From Eledone cirrhosa (taxonomy: Eukaryota), in assembly GCA_964016885.1 (NCBI GenBank), contig OZ024740.1, positions 136,834,001 through 136,898,000 on the forward strand: DNA of 64,000 bases, read 5' to 3'. The notes under the pieces are model-generated. The model saw only the letters and a list, made by a program, of their open reading frames with translations, searched no databases and was not told where the DNA came from. The position numbers and the translations under genes were made by a program. Shown here piece after piece: positions 13,800-26,679 of the stretch. How positions within the stretch are numbered: position 1 is the first letter of the stretch; every line of letters starts with the position of its first letter.

Positions 13800-14308
13800 A
13801 CTATAATAAAGGGAAGAGTGCGGGACTGTGTCCCGAATATATTTTTTTATCCCGTTAATAAAATAAGTTACATTACTTTGAATAAATAATGAATGAATAT
13901 TACATAATTTATCTACTAAATTTCGTAGCGGTTGATTAAACATAATAAATATTCTTATGTATAATTATTTTAAGATTCATTTCTTTTAAAATTTTCAAAT
14001 GTCTCCACTTCCGTTTAGCATCCGTTATATCATAACACTTATTACATCGCTTATGTAAACATCCATATATTTGCATCGTTATATAAGGTTTCATTACATT
14101 TCACCATAATGCAGTTTATATATAATATCATCTTTTTTAAATGTATCATGGATTACTTTACTGATTACAGAAGATAGTGTAACAGTCTCTCTTCAATTTC
14201 TGTGCATATTGTCAATTACGATTTTATTTGACATATATCTACATACATGTATATTTGCACACTACATATGCTAGCAGAAAACCACCCGAAGGGTGGTTTT
14301 TCTACTAG
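13800..14308 (+). mobile_element. Non-autonomous Helitron-like element
   Basis: 5' (T)CTATAATAAAG; 3' hairpin agaaaaaccaccc-ga-agggtggtttttct followed by CTAG|T; homologous to 43829-44525 and 50071. Confidence 0.75.
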
Positions 14309-14394
14309 TATATATAATTAATAATGATAATAATAATAGACTATAGTTATCTCTTTTTTTTCGTCCTTCTGTTTCTTTTATGTTTTGTTCCCAG

Positions 14395-14536
14395 AAATGC
14401 CTTGTCTTTTGCCATGCTGTCAAATCTTCAAAAAGAACTGAAGAGCTGTAGCAATGATGATAATGTAAGAGTCGTATTGATAACATCTAAAGGGGATGTT
14501 TTTTCATCAGGACATGATCTCAAAGAACTAGTTATT
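14395..14536 (+). CDS. ECHDC3: ECHDC3 exon 3 (NALSFAMLSNLQKELKSCSNDDNVRVVLITSKGDVFSSGHDLKELVI)
   Basis: CAG acceptor and GTAAGT donor; FSSGHDLKEL motif characteristic of ECHDC3. Confidence 0.95.
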
Positions 14537-15227
14537 GTAAGTCTTTAAAAAACTAATATGTTTTTTTAAAAATAATATATTTTATTAAAACAATGTTGTC
14601 TCTGATCGAGATGAAGCAAGAGTGTATTTTTGATTGAATACATATAAAAATGAGAAAATTCACCACTAGAACAGCCGTTAAAACAGATAAATGCTGTCAA
14701 AGACAGTGGTGTGTAAAAATGCATCAGGGGGACAGAGACCAGTGGCCAGTGGTCCAGCTTTTTAAAATGGTACTCTGAATTAAATTATGCAAAATCATTT
14801 TGCTGGTTTGAGAGCTGATGAGGGTGAAGATGTGTGTGTCTGTGTAAACTTGTCCTTGTACATTGCCTTTCTTTATTTCCTTCTTCCAGTCACTTCTGTG
14901 TGCCGGTGCACTTCTCTTTGTCCTCCTCCTCTTTCAATCTTCTCTATATTTCATCTGCCTGTCACCTACCTTGTGGATCGTCTCTCTGTTGACCACTGTC
15001 TGGTGGTGTCTGACCCCTGAGGCATTTTTGCCCATCAGTGTCTTTGATAGCATTTAGCTGTTTTAATGGCTGCTCTAGCTATGAGTTTTCTCATTTTTAT
15101 GTTTTCAATATATTTTATATTTTATTGTAATACTCATTACCCACCATATGGTGGATAATTTTTGCTGTATACTTTTATATACTATATTATATATAAGTAT
15201 GTATGTATTTTTGTTGTTTTTTCCCAG

Positions 15228-15299
15228 ACAGATGAAAGATCAAAGACTAAACAAATTGAGATTTTCAGGTCATGCTCTGAAGTTATGTCTATGGTACAG
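15228..15299 (+). CDS. ECHDC3: ECHDC3 exon 4 (TDERSKTKQIEIFRSCSEVMSMVQ)
   Basis: CAG / CAG|GTTAGT; phase 0-0. Confidence 0.92.
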
Positions 15300-15738
15300 G
15301 TTAGTGATACTTTCATTGTCTTTACCATCACTGCAATCATCACCACTATCACTATCAACATCATCAATGGCACTATCATTACTATTCTCACCAACTTCAC
15401 TGCCATCATCACCATCAGTCTAATCTCATTATCAACACACCTATCAGTTTCATTTATTGCATTTCTGTTGTCATCATAACTATCATCATCATCATCTACA
15501 CCAACACTCCTTATTCAATTCATTTTATCAAAATCCTCAAGTGGGACTACCCCCGTCCAAACCCATGCAAGCGTGGAACACGGACGTTAAACGTTGATGA
15601 TGATGATGATGATGATACAGTAGCATTTTTCATCTCTTTGTTTTGAATTCATTTCTTACATTTTCATTAAATATCAAATAATTTTATTTTTTATCAAATT
15701 TTTCTGATGAGTTGTTACTTTACCCCTCCTTTCTCTAG

Positions 15739-15772
15739 GATATGGCAGTACCAGTAATTGCTCAAGTCAAGG
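15739..15772 (+). CDS. ECHDC3: ECHDC3 exon 5 (DMAVPVIAQVK-G)
   Basis: TAG / G|GTATGT; PVIA motif. Confidence 0.92.
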
Positions 15773-17809
15773 GTATGTGTTCCCTTATTCTGTCCCATTC
15801 ATTCATCTATCATCATCACCATCGTAAATGTTTTAGGTCAGTAGTGATCTTAGGGTCTTTCTTTCAGCTCTGATCCACTTCACTTCTTTAGGTTCCCATT
15901 AGTCATGTACAATTTCCTTACACGTCTGCCAGTTTTAGCTTGATATTCACCATCATTAATCATTATCTTTGGTTTCTCCATTTTTTGTAGATCCTTTTTA
16001 GCCAGAACTTTTACAGTACTTTTTTCTTTTATTTTTCATTCTTGTGGTTGGAGTTGTATAAGTAGTTTATGTGAAAATTTTAAATAATCACTTTGATTCA
16101 TACTACTGAACCAGTATGAATTAACCTTTGTATATGAATTAATTTGGATATAGCTGGCAAAGGCAAGTTTGTCAAATGGATTCATTTCACAGACAATTGA
16201 TATGTAATGCTCTGAGATTCAGCAAACACATCCTATTTGAGAGACTTCAAAAATATTCAAATCTCTCTAAAATAATGTCCATGATTCAATACTATACTTC
16301 AAATACTCAATAGAGTATTTGAAACAACAAGGGAGCCTCAACCATGTTGCTTGACTTGCTAGAAATTGCAACCAATTCTCCATTAAATCACAATACTATC
16401 TTATAAAAAGAAAGTACACATTTGATAATGGAATCTTAGACTATGTCTAAAAAAGAGAGATACTATAAAAAGAATGGACACATTTGATAATGGAGTCTTA
16501 GATACACTGTCTAAAAAAGAGTTATGATGATCATAAATAGAACACCTTTCTTTGATCATAGGACTGACGTAGGGTGCAGGTATAGATGTGCAATTAAGAG
16601 GTTCACATTGTAACTACATCGTTTTAGGTTTACTCACATTATGCAGCATCTTGGGTGTCTTCTACCATAACCTCAGGTTTGTGAATGAGGGAAATTTGGT
16701 GGATGGGAGTCCATTAGGTGGACCTTTCTTGTTCTTTGATGGTAGACCATCCAGTTTAATTGCACCATCTAGCCATTAGGTAACTTGAGCAGGGCCTACT
16801 TTGTTGCAAGCAATTGAGACAGGTCCACACTCTGAGGTTAACATCTTCCTTTCTTCTCACCAGTTGTGGAGGCCCTGGAAAGGCTCAGGATTGCTAGCCT
16901 AAGTCATTGAAAAAACATAACGAAAGCAGCAACAATGAAGTATGTTATACTATAGTATAGCAATCTCCACTATGTAATGGGTAGACATAGATTGTTAATT
17001 CAATAGAGTGTCAGACTGAGGTGGCAAACTGGGAATTAAATTAATTTTTGCCTGGCAAACAAGGCCATTCAAAACATTAGTCTGTACCTTTCTCATCATA
17101 TACCAACATCCACCTCTTTTATGACAGGCATCATACTCTTCATGGATCCTTTTTGAGGCACTATTTTAGTTTTGGATGTCCTTCCTGGTGCCAAGGTTTT
17201 TAGTCACCCTTTATAACACACAGGAATATGGTGTATGTATTCTGAACAGGATACACATAGCAACATAGACTAACTTATAGTACCTTAATATTTCTTCACT
17301 TTTGCCAATTCATTGCCATGGACTGGTACTTGATTGATTGAAGAAAGGCAGAGTTACCTTGGCATGATTTGAACATAAAATGCAGGGTCCAAAACAAATA
17401 CTGCAAGGCAAGTTCTATACACTGCTAGTTTCCCACCTAAATTGGGAAAAAGTTAAACAATTGGTTTTGTTTTTCACATATAGATAAAATGAATGCATAT
17501 TAACAAACAAATTAAATTATTTGGACACATTTCTGATTCTATGAAGAGAAAATGTTCCTCCTGACAGTTTATATTTAAAAAAAGTCCAGTCCATCATGTA
17601 CAGTGATAGTACTGGTATCACAATGAAAAGCAATCAGTTCATCCTGTAAACTGGTAGTGTTGGAGTCATGATAAAATACTTCCAGTTCACACTGTAGTGT
17701 TTGGCATTTGGAAGGGCATCAAACCATAGGAACCAAATAAAAAATGGAATGTATGAGCAAGATGTGGTCACTTGACTTGTCTAGCCTCAGAACCTGGTAA
17801 CTCATTGAA

Positions 17810-18041
17810 CCCTTTTGTTACCAACCCGGCCAAAACTGGCTCTGGTTCTATGAAATAAAACCTCCCATTTTATAGATTTCCAATTTGAATTAAAATCTCC
17901 CAACTTAATTTTATATAAGAACCTTATATTAAGTTACTATGTTAGTAATGAAATAATTAATAATTTTAGTAAATCCCTGAAAATTCTTCATTAATTAATT
18001 GAAATTGACTGTATTTCATTAGAAATGCTGTCATGAAAGGG
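17810..18041. mobile_element. piggyBac-type MITE inserted in an RTE-tail-derived repeat
   Basis: CCCTTT...AAAGGG termini with TGAA/TTAA flanks. Confidence 0.6.
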
Positions 18042-18103
18042 TTAACCCATGCAAGCACGGAAAATTGATAATGATGATTATGATGATGTTCTCTATATTT
18101 CAG

Positions 18104-18188
18104 GTTTGGCTACAGCAGCTGGTTGTCAGCTTATAGCATCATGTGATGTTGCCATAGCTTCAGAAAAAGCCAAGTTTGCTGTACCTGG
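18104..18188 (+). CDS. ECHDC3: ECHDC3 exon 6 ([29 protein letters not shown])
   Basis: CAG / GG|GTAAGT; ATAAGCQL signature of ECHDC3. Confidence 0.96.
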
Positions 18189-19171
18189 GTAAGTCCTCCA
18201 CTTCCCCACCTTATCATCTCCCTCTTTCCATGCTTCCCATCTTCCTCCCCTTCCTCCTCTCATTCCATCCTCCTCCTATTCGCATCTTCTTCCCATGCTC
18301 CCTTCCTCTTACCTTACTACACCCTCTCCTTCTTTCATATAAAACTCCAAGGTATTGCTCCCACTCCCACCTTTTTAAAAAAAAAAAAGTCATTTTTTAA
18401 ATTCTGTTTTATTATTTTAGGGGTTTTAGTAATTGGTTTGTGGTCATGCTGGTGCACTGCATTCAAAATTATAGTCAATTATATAATCACCCCCAATATA
18501 TGACTGGTACTTATTTTATCAAATTTCGAAAGTGGAATTGAGATTAGTGAAAGAGTGAGGAGGCTAGGAAGGAGAGATAAGGGAGGAGCAGAGAGAAGTA
18601 ACAAGTAATAGCCAAAAGGAACGGCAGCAGATTTGAAAAATATTGAGTAGAGAGAAGAAATATTGACAGTGCAACACTGTTATAACATTGTATCAACATT
18701 GGCAAAGTTGTTTGAACAGCAGATAGATTGCTTTTTGGTATTTGTGTTCTCTGCACTTTGAGTTCAAAACCTGACGATATCAACTTTTGTCCTTTCGAGG
18801 TCAATAAAAAAAGTAACAGTCTAGTACTGGTGTCGATTTTTCTTTATATCTCTTTCCCATTTCCTTTCTATCAGTCTCATCTGGAAGAAATCAGCTGTGT
18901 TCAGACTTGGAGAGGGGATGGGCTCTGCCAGGTTTAAAATGCCTAAGACATGCTGTTTGACTGTGACACCATCAGGAGTTACATGTTCATACATATATAT
19001 ATATATATATATACATCAAAATTATATCAGTCTCACTAGTAGTAGGGTGTATGCAAAAGCTATGGGCACTGTCCCTTCTTTCAGAACTAGCAAAAACCAT
19101 TGTTTCTACCTTGCATTGTATGAACATACAACATCTTTGTTTTTTCTTTATCATTTTTTTTTTTTTGATAG

Positions 19172-19281
19172 AGTAAATATTGGTTTATTTTGTTCAACAC
19201 CTGGTGTAGCACTTGGCCGATCTGTTCCTCGCAAAGTTGCCATGGAAATGCTTCTCACTGGACAACCAATATCAGCTGATG
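19172..19281 (+). CDS. ECHDC3: ECHDC3 exon 7 ([37 protein letters not shown])
   Basis: TAG / G|GTAAAA; [10 protein letters not shown] signature. Confidence 0.97.
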
Positions 19282-19931
19282 GTAAAATATAGATTTTTAA
19301 TTTTAATATAATAATTTAATAGTTATAGTTGTTTGGCAAGTGACTTGATCTCAGTATTGAAACTCAAATAATTACAGTGACCAGGTTGTTTTTCTTTTTT
19401 TTTTTAACTGTTTTGTCAGGGAGGAAAGAGCAATACTCATATCATTTTTCAGAGCCTCCAAGAATGCTAGGAAAAAAGGTGGAAGGTATCCTCAAACTGA
19501 AGAGCTGTTCTGAATACTTGCAATAGAGTGAATTCTGCTAAAGACACTCAAGGGACAGATAGTGTGGTTAAAATGGGCATGAGGCTAAGTTTATCACACA
19601 ATGCCATAGTGGGATTTGAACTGAGAACTGAAAGAGCTGGAACTAATACCACAAGTCAACTCATTGGATGCTCTAACAATTCAACCAATCTCCACACACT
19701 GGACTGGTACTTTATTTTATCAACCTGAAAAGACAAAAAGCAAAACTGACCTCAATGGGATTTGAAGACATTGCAGAGAGCCAGAAAAATTACTACAAAG
19801 TATTTTCTCCTAAACCCTAATAACTGCCAATTTGCTGCCTATATATAGGTTATAGATGTACGATAATATATTTTTAACGCTTAATAGAATATTATAATAA
19901 TATTAGAAAATGAAATTGAATATAACAATAT

Positions 19932-21985
19932 ATGACCCAAATCGATCCAATAGAGGGACCAGCGGTGCAAGTTAGTGGTTGTATAATAAGTCAGGCAATC
20001 AAAGATATGAAGACAGGCAAGGCGGCTGGGCCTTCGGAGATAGTTGCTGAGATGTTGAAAGCATCTGGAATGATGGGACATACTATGGTCACCCGGATAG
20101 TAAACCAAGTAATACAGAATGGGGTCATACCTAAGGACTGGCGTAGCAGCATCATCGTTAACTGCTACAAGGGTAAAAGAGATGTTCTAGATAGGGGAAA
20201 CTATAGCGGCATTAAGTTAGTTGACCAAGTCATGAAGGTCACAGAAAGAGTTATGGCAATCAGAGATCGAATTGATCTAGATAAAATGCAGTTTGGGTTT
20301 GTGTCAGGTAAAAGTACCACAGATGCTCTTTTCCTTGTACAACAACTACAGCAGAAGTACCTAGCTAAATGTAAATCCCTCTACTTAGCTTTTGTTGACT
20401 TGGAGAAAGCCTTTGACAGAGTCCCACGCACCATTATCTGGTGGGCCCTTAGAAAGCTAGGAGTAGATGAATGGCTCGTGAGAGCTATACAAGCCATGTA
20501 TAAAGATACAGTCAGTAAGGTTAGAATTAACAATGAATATAGTGAAGAATTTAGCGTAAAAGTCAGAGTTCATCAAGGCCCCCTCCTGTTTATTATTGCC
20601 CTTCAAGCTATAACAGAGGAGTTTAAGACCGGTTGCCCATGGGAACTTTTATATGCAGATGATCTAACGCTCATAGCTGAATCTATGGCTGAACTAAAGA
20701 AATTCCAAACATGGAAGCATGGCCTAGAATCAAAAGGCCTTAAAGTTAACTTGTCTAAGACTAAAGTTCTAGTATGTAGAAAGGAAAATAGGGCACAGGT
20801 GCCCTCTGGGAAATGGCCATGCTCAGTATGTAGGAAAGGAGTAGGTAGAAATTCCTTTCTATGTTCCAAATGCAAACTATGGGTGCATAAAAGATGTAGT
20901 AGGATCACAGGCAAGCTATCTAAGAACGTAGATTTTATATGTGGCCGATGCTCATGTGTAATAAGTAGCAAGTGCCCACAAGATACTAGCTCCTTCTACT
21001 GCCCAGATGGTTCCATAGAGATAGTGGACACTTTCCGTTACCTGGATAACAAAATCAGCAGTGGTGGTGAGTGTTCAGAGTTAGAACGGGATGGAAAAAG
21101 TTCAGAGAGCTTATACTGCTGTTGACCACAAAAGGTTTCTCTTTGAAAATGAAAGGCAGATTGTATGATGCTTGTATATGAACATCAATGTTACATGGCA
21201 GTGAGATATAGGCATTGTGTGCAGATGACCTGCGCAGATTGGAAAGGAACGAAGCATGCATGCTCCGTTGGATGTGTAATAGTAATATACACGAGCAGCA
21301 AAACATAAATGAACTGAGTGAGAAATTAAGAATAAGAGGGATCAGATGCTGTTTACTCAAGAGAAGATTACGTTGGTCCGGTTACGTGATGCACATGAAA
21401 GACGACAGCTGTATAAAAAAGTGCAGGACAATCAAAATTGAAGGAAGTTACGGAGTAGGTAGACCCAGAAAAACCTGGGACGATATGATAAAGTCCGACC
21501 TTGCACACTTGCACTTCTCTAAGACAATGTCACTGGATCGAGATCTTTGGCGCCACGCAGTATTACAGAAGATCCGCCTTCCCTACGTGCAAAGTTAACC
21601 TACAGTCAGTTGGCCACTCCAAACCAAACACACCACAATCCATTACCCCACTCCATCCTCCCACTCCCGCCAACACCACCCTTTCTCTATAAAGTTATGT
21701 TGGTACCACAACATCCAGTCCAAACTAATGAGATTGTGTAGGTGTCACGATAAAAAAAAACACAGTCCACACTGTAATGTGGCCGTGTAGGTAACATGGT
21801 AAAAAGTTTCCAGTTCACACTGTAAATGTGGTTGGTGTTAGGAAGGGCATCCAGCCGTAGAAAACCTGCCAGATAGTCCTATACGAGCGAGACACAGTCA
21901 CCCGACCAATCTTGTCTCAAGTGGGACAATTCCCGTCTAACCCATTCTAGTGTGGAAGATAGGCGTTAAACGATGAGGATGATGA
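19932..21985 (+). mobile_element. 5'-truncated RTE LINE in ECHDC3 intron 7 (RT domain, frameshifted)
   Basis: ORF 19932-21125 (QFGF..GKST, FVDLEKAFDRV, LLYADDL) and ORF 21215-21598; 3'UTR and (GAT) tail. Confidence 0.96.
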
Positions 21986-22189
21986 GTGTGTGTGACCCGA
22001 AAAAACCAACATTGTTTTGTTTCGTCCTGTGAAATACTATAGTTAAGCTTGAAAATGATCTAATTCGTTTCTACTATTTATGTAGTGTCTTGCTATTTTC
22101 ATATGCATCTTATTTGTACCTTATTACTTTATATTTCGTTTTTCTTATTACCAACACCAACTTTAATGCAAGTGCATGCCATCACAGGA

Positions 22190-23033
22190 ACCCATGTATA
22201 TACACAGACATATGTTCGACATGTAGGAAAGGAACTGGCATAAATTCCATAAAATGTACGCAATGCAGATCTTGGGTACACAAGAGATGTAGTGGGATAG
22301 CAGGCAAACTAACAGGTAGGGAAAACTATGCAGTAGATGTACAGGGAAAGTTGGCAGTAGTAATCCCTGTGATAGACTCATTTTTCCAATGCAGGTGGGT
22401 TCTATAGAAGTGGTTGATAGCTTCCGGTACCTAGGTGATCAGATTAGCATGGGGGGGGGGGGTGTTCCGAGGCCATAGTATCTAGAATAAGGATGGGTTG
22501 GAAGAAGTTTAGGGAGCTGTTCCCTCTGTTGACAAAGAAAGGTTTCTCCCTGCATACGAAAGGATGGTTATATGATGCCTGTGTGAGATATGCGATGCTG
22601 CATGGTAGTGAGACATGGGCAGCAACTGCAGAAGATATGCGACGGCTGGAGAGAAATGAAGCAAGTATGCTCCGTTGGATGTGCAATTGAGCGTGAACGA
22701 CCAAGCATAGACGAGTTGAGAAAGAGACTGGGTATAAGAGGGATAAGTTGTGGTGTGCAGGAGAGAAGGCTGAGATGGTATGGACATGTGATGCGCATGG
22801 AGGATGACCGATAGGTGAAGAAGTGCCAGGAAGTCCCAGTGGAGGGAAGACGCAGTAGAGGTAGACCACGATAAACATAGGCGGAGGTGGTGAGAGCAGA
22901 CCTCAGATCGCTGAAACTCATGGAGGAGATGACGAAGGATGGTGACGGGTGGAGAGATGCTGTGCTGAATAGGACCCATCCAACCCTTGCAAGCAGGGAA
23001 AAGCGGACGTAAAATGACGATGATGATGATGAT
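22190..23033 (+). mobile_element. RTE LINE 3' fragment from a second subfamily with a short 3'UTR
   Basis: MLHGSETWA, RRLERNEASMLRWMC and RRLRWYGHVMRM; (GAT)n tail. Confidence 0.9.
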
Positions 23034-23052
23034 GTATATATATATATATATA

Positions 23053-23461
23053 TGAAAATTGAATTAGTAACTTTGCCATATATTTTTTACTGCAGAAAAT
23101 AGTCTAATAGTAACAGAGCATATAAGGTCCTAGAATTGAAAAAAATGCTCATTTTTCAGTGCTAGCGGCTCATACGCTCTGTTATTATTAGACTAAGGGC
23201 AGTGGGTTGGCAGCATCGGTAGAGCGTTGGACACCATACTTTGCAGCATAGAGTTACTCCCCTTTACAATCTGAGTTCAAATTCCACTGAGGTTAGCTTT
23301 GCCTTTTATCCTTACGAGGTCAATAAAGCATCAGTAATGCACTGGGGTCAATTTAATCGACTTTCCCTTCCCCTCAAATTGCTGGCCTTGTGCCTATAGT
23401 AGAAATCATTATTAGACTATTTTCTGTAGCAAAAAAAAATTACTAATTTGATTCAATTTTC
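23053..23461. repeat. Decayed fold-back palindrome between (TA)n tracts, with a SINE inserted in the right arm
   Basis: gaaaatagtctaatagtaacagagc pairs with gctctgttattattagactattttc once the SINE is removed. Confidence 0.7.
23196..23407 (+). mobile_element. tRNA-derived SINE with 12-bp TSD
   Basis: A/B-box-like head (tggcagcatcggtagag...gagttcaaattcc); TSD ATTATTAGACTA at 23184-23195 and 23408-23419. Confidence 0.88.
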
Positions 23462-23512
23462 AAATTTCATTGCTGCTTTCTAATCATATGATGTTTATAT
23501 AAATATATGATG

Positions 23513-23578
<66 letters not shown>

Positions 23579-24714
23579 ATAATAATAAATTTGAAGACTA
23601 AAATCCAAAGAGGGTGAAAGCAGCGATTCTTTGCTTAAACTTTAATCTGTTATTTTAATATATATATATATATATATCATCATCATCATCATCATCATTT
23701 CATTTTATGTCCACTTTTTCCCTGCTTGCAAGGGTGGGACGGGAACTGATTCTGGCTTGATTTCTACAGCTGGATGCCCTTCCTAACACCAACCTCATTT
23801 ACAGTGAGTGCTGGGTGCTTTTTTGCCGTGGCACCTCCACGACCACTTTGCAGTGGAATGATAGGGACCTCTGTCCCTATCATCTCATTTCTACAGCTGA
23901 GTAAACTGGAGCAATGTGAAATAAAGTGTCTTGCTCAAGGAAACAACACATCACCCGGTCTTAGAATTGAACTCACAACCTTTCGATTGCAAGGCCAATG
24001 CTCTAACCACTAAGCCATGTGCCTTGTATATATATATATATACAAGGTTAATTAGTCTCTAATACTTAAACATCTCAATGAGAGGAATCTCTTAGAGAAG
24101 CAATATTATATATTAAAATTAAGTGAGAAAAAACTCTATTTATGGGAGTACAAACAAGATAGACAGAAACACTCTATTTAAACTTGCTTATATATAGATC
24201 TCCCTACCATGGTTTCATATGGGGGGAATCTAATATGTAAGGAAAGAATTTTACAGAGATCAGCAAACTTTAGCAAATGTTAGAAGTAATTGACAGTCAG
24301 GGCTGGAATAAGTCTTTTTGAAGCTCTAAGCACTTAAAAGATTATGGTAGCCCCCATATATAAAGTCTGAAAATTTTTTTGGGTATGATGAATTGAATTA
24401 TTTGGAATAAAATGGTGTTTCTCTTCTCTTGATACCTTAAGCATGTCCTTATTTTACTTATTGGTTAATCCAGCATACAGTGGGCATACATTGTTATATC
24501 TAAGGGTATATACTGATGTAAAATAAGGATGATAACAGTATACTTTCATTTTTATTGTTAGATCGATCAACAAGATCTCAGCCCAATGTTTCCACTGGTC
24601 TTTCCATTGATGATATTATCTAGCAGTTGCAACTGGAAGAAGGAGCAACATGAAATAAAGTGTCTTGGTCAAAGACATAACTCATTGCCCTGTCCGGAAA
24701 TCAAACTCATAACC

Positions 24715-26015
24715 TCATCATCATCATCATCATCATCGTTTAACGTCCATCATCCACGCTTGCATGGGTTTGGACGGGAATTTTCCCACTTGAGGCAAGA
24801 TTGGTTGTCTTGCTCGTATAGGACTGTCTGGCGGGTTTTCTACGGCTAGATGCCCTTCCTAACACCAACCACGTTTACAGTGTGGACTGGGAGGTTTTTA
24901 CCGTGTTACCTACACAGCCACATTACAGCGTGGACTGTGTGTTTTTTTGTTGTGACACCTACACGACCTCATATATTTCGGACTGGATGTTGTGGTACCA
25001 ACATTGAAAGGAGTGGTGTGGATGGGGTGGGGGTAGTGGGACGGGGGTGTATTTTTGTTAAGAGGTGCCTACTGACTGTAGATTTCGCTTTGTACTTAGG
25101 CAAGGCGGGTCTTCTGTATTACTGTGTAGCACCAAAGATCTCAGTCCAGTGACATTGTCTTGGAGAGGTGTAAGTGTGTGAGGTCGGAATTTATCAAGTC
25201 GTCTCAGGTTTTTCTGGGTCTGCCTACTCCGTGGCTACCGTCTATTTTTATCGCCCTGCACTTTTTATACAGCTGTCGTCTTTCATGCACATCACGTGAC
25301 CATACAAACGTAGTCTTCTCTCGAGTAAACAACATCTGATCCTTCTTATTCCTAATTTCTCTCTTAGTTCATTTATGCTTTGTTGTTCACGTATATTACT
25401 ATTACAGATCCAACGGAGCATGCAAGCTTTGTTCCTCTCCAGTCTGCGTATATCCTCTGCACACAATGCCCAAGTCTCACTGCCATGTAACATTGCTGTT
25501 CGTATGCAGGCATCATACAGCCTGCCTTTCATTTTTAGAGAGAAACCTTTAGTGGCCAATAGTGGTATAAGCTCTCTGAACTTTTTCTATCCCGTTCTGA
25601 CTCTAGCTACTGTACTTTCAGAGCACCCTCCACCACTGCTGATTTTGTCACCCAGGTAACGGAAGGTGTCCACTATTTCTATAGAACCATCTGTGCAATG
25701 GAATGAGCTAGTATTCTCTGGGCACTTGCTGCTACTTATTGCACCTGAGCACCGGCCACATATAAAATCTATATTGTTAGTTAGCTTACCTGTGATCCCA
25801 CTACATCTTTTATGCACCCATACTTTGCATTTGGGACATAAAATGGAGTTTCTGCCTACTCCTTTTCTACACACTGAACATGGCCATTTCCCAGATGGGA
25901 CCAGTGCCCTATTTTCCTTCCTACATACTAGAACTTTAGTCTTAGACAGGTTAATTTTAAGGCCTTTTGATTCAAGGCCATGCTTCCATGTTTGGAATTT
26001 CTTCTCTAGTTCAGC
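24715..26015 (-). mobile_element. 5'-truncated RTE LINE in ECHDC3 intron 7, antisense
   Basis: ORFs 25587-25874 and 25248-25559; (CAT)n tail at 24715. Confidence 0.95.
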
Positions 26016-26440
26016 CTCATAATTGCAAATCCAATTCTCTAACCACTAAGCGAAATAGAAAAATGAATATATTCTAAATTCACAGTAAGTCATAAAACAT
26101 AAACAATACGAAAATCTTGGAGTTGTATAGAAAGTGACTTGATCTGAAATTATAAGTTCTCTTCATAGATGCAAAAATAAAACTACTCATCTTTAGATGA
26201 ACTAATGGGGAAAAATGCGAAGCGAATACCTATTTTTTCTGTGTACAAAAACTTTTATATATTTGTTACTTTTTCACAGTGAAGTTTATAATTTTAAACT
26301 GTAGTTATATAGTTATACTTATATTAAATTTGTGAGATTTAAAAAAATCATTATGTCACGGATTGTTTAGCTCCATATCAATTTTAACTGAACAAATACA
26401 TTCCATCTATGTCTATGTTAGTCTATTATATCTATTACAG

Positions 26441-26499
26441 AGGCTCTCCGGCATGGTTTAATCAGTAGAGTTGTCAGTTCTGAGACACTGGAAGAGGAG
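26441..26499 (+). CDS. ECHDC3: ECHDC3 exon 8 (EALRHGLISRVVSSETLEEE)
   Basis: CAG / GAG|GTAAGA; crotonase EA..GL(I/V)S.VV motif. Confidence 0.95.
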
Positions 26500-26679
26500 G
26501 TAAGAAACTCAAACTTTAAGTAAAAGTTATTCTATGGAAATATTATTGTGTTTGAATCAGTAATGATAAATATAGGAGAAACTCCAGAATAATAAGATTT
26601 AGCCTTCTCTACTATGATATTGAGTATTCATTCTCTTGACCATCAATACTAAGTATATATTTGTGTGTGTGTGTTTAGG

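Noticed and set aside
23196-23290. tRNA genes (here and at other A/B-box sequences)
   Set aside because: No complete cloverleaf; each continues into the shared SINE core, some with TSDs.
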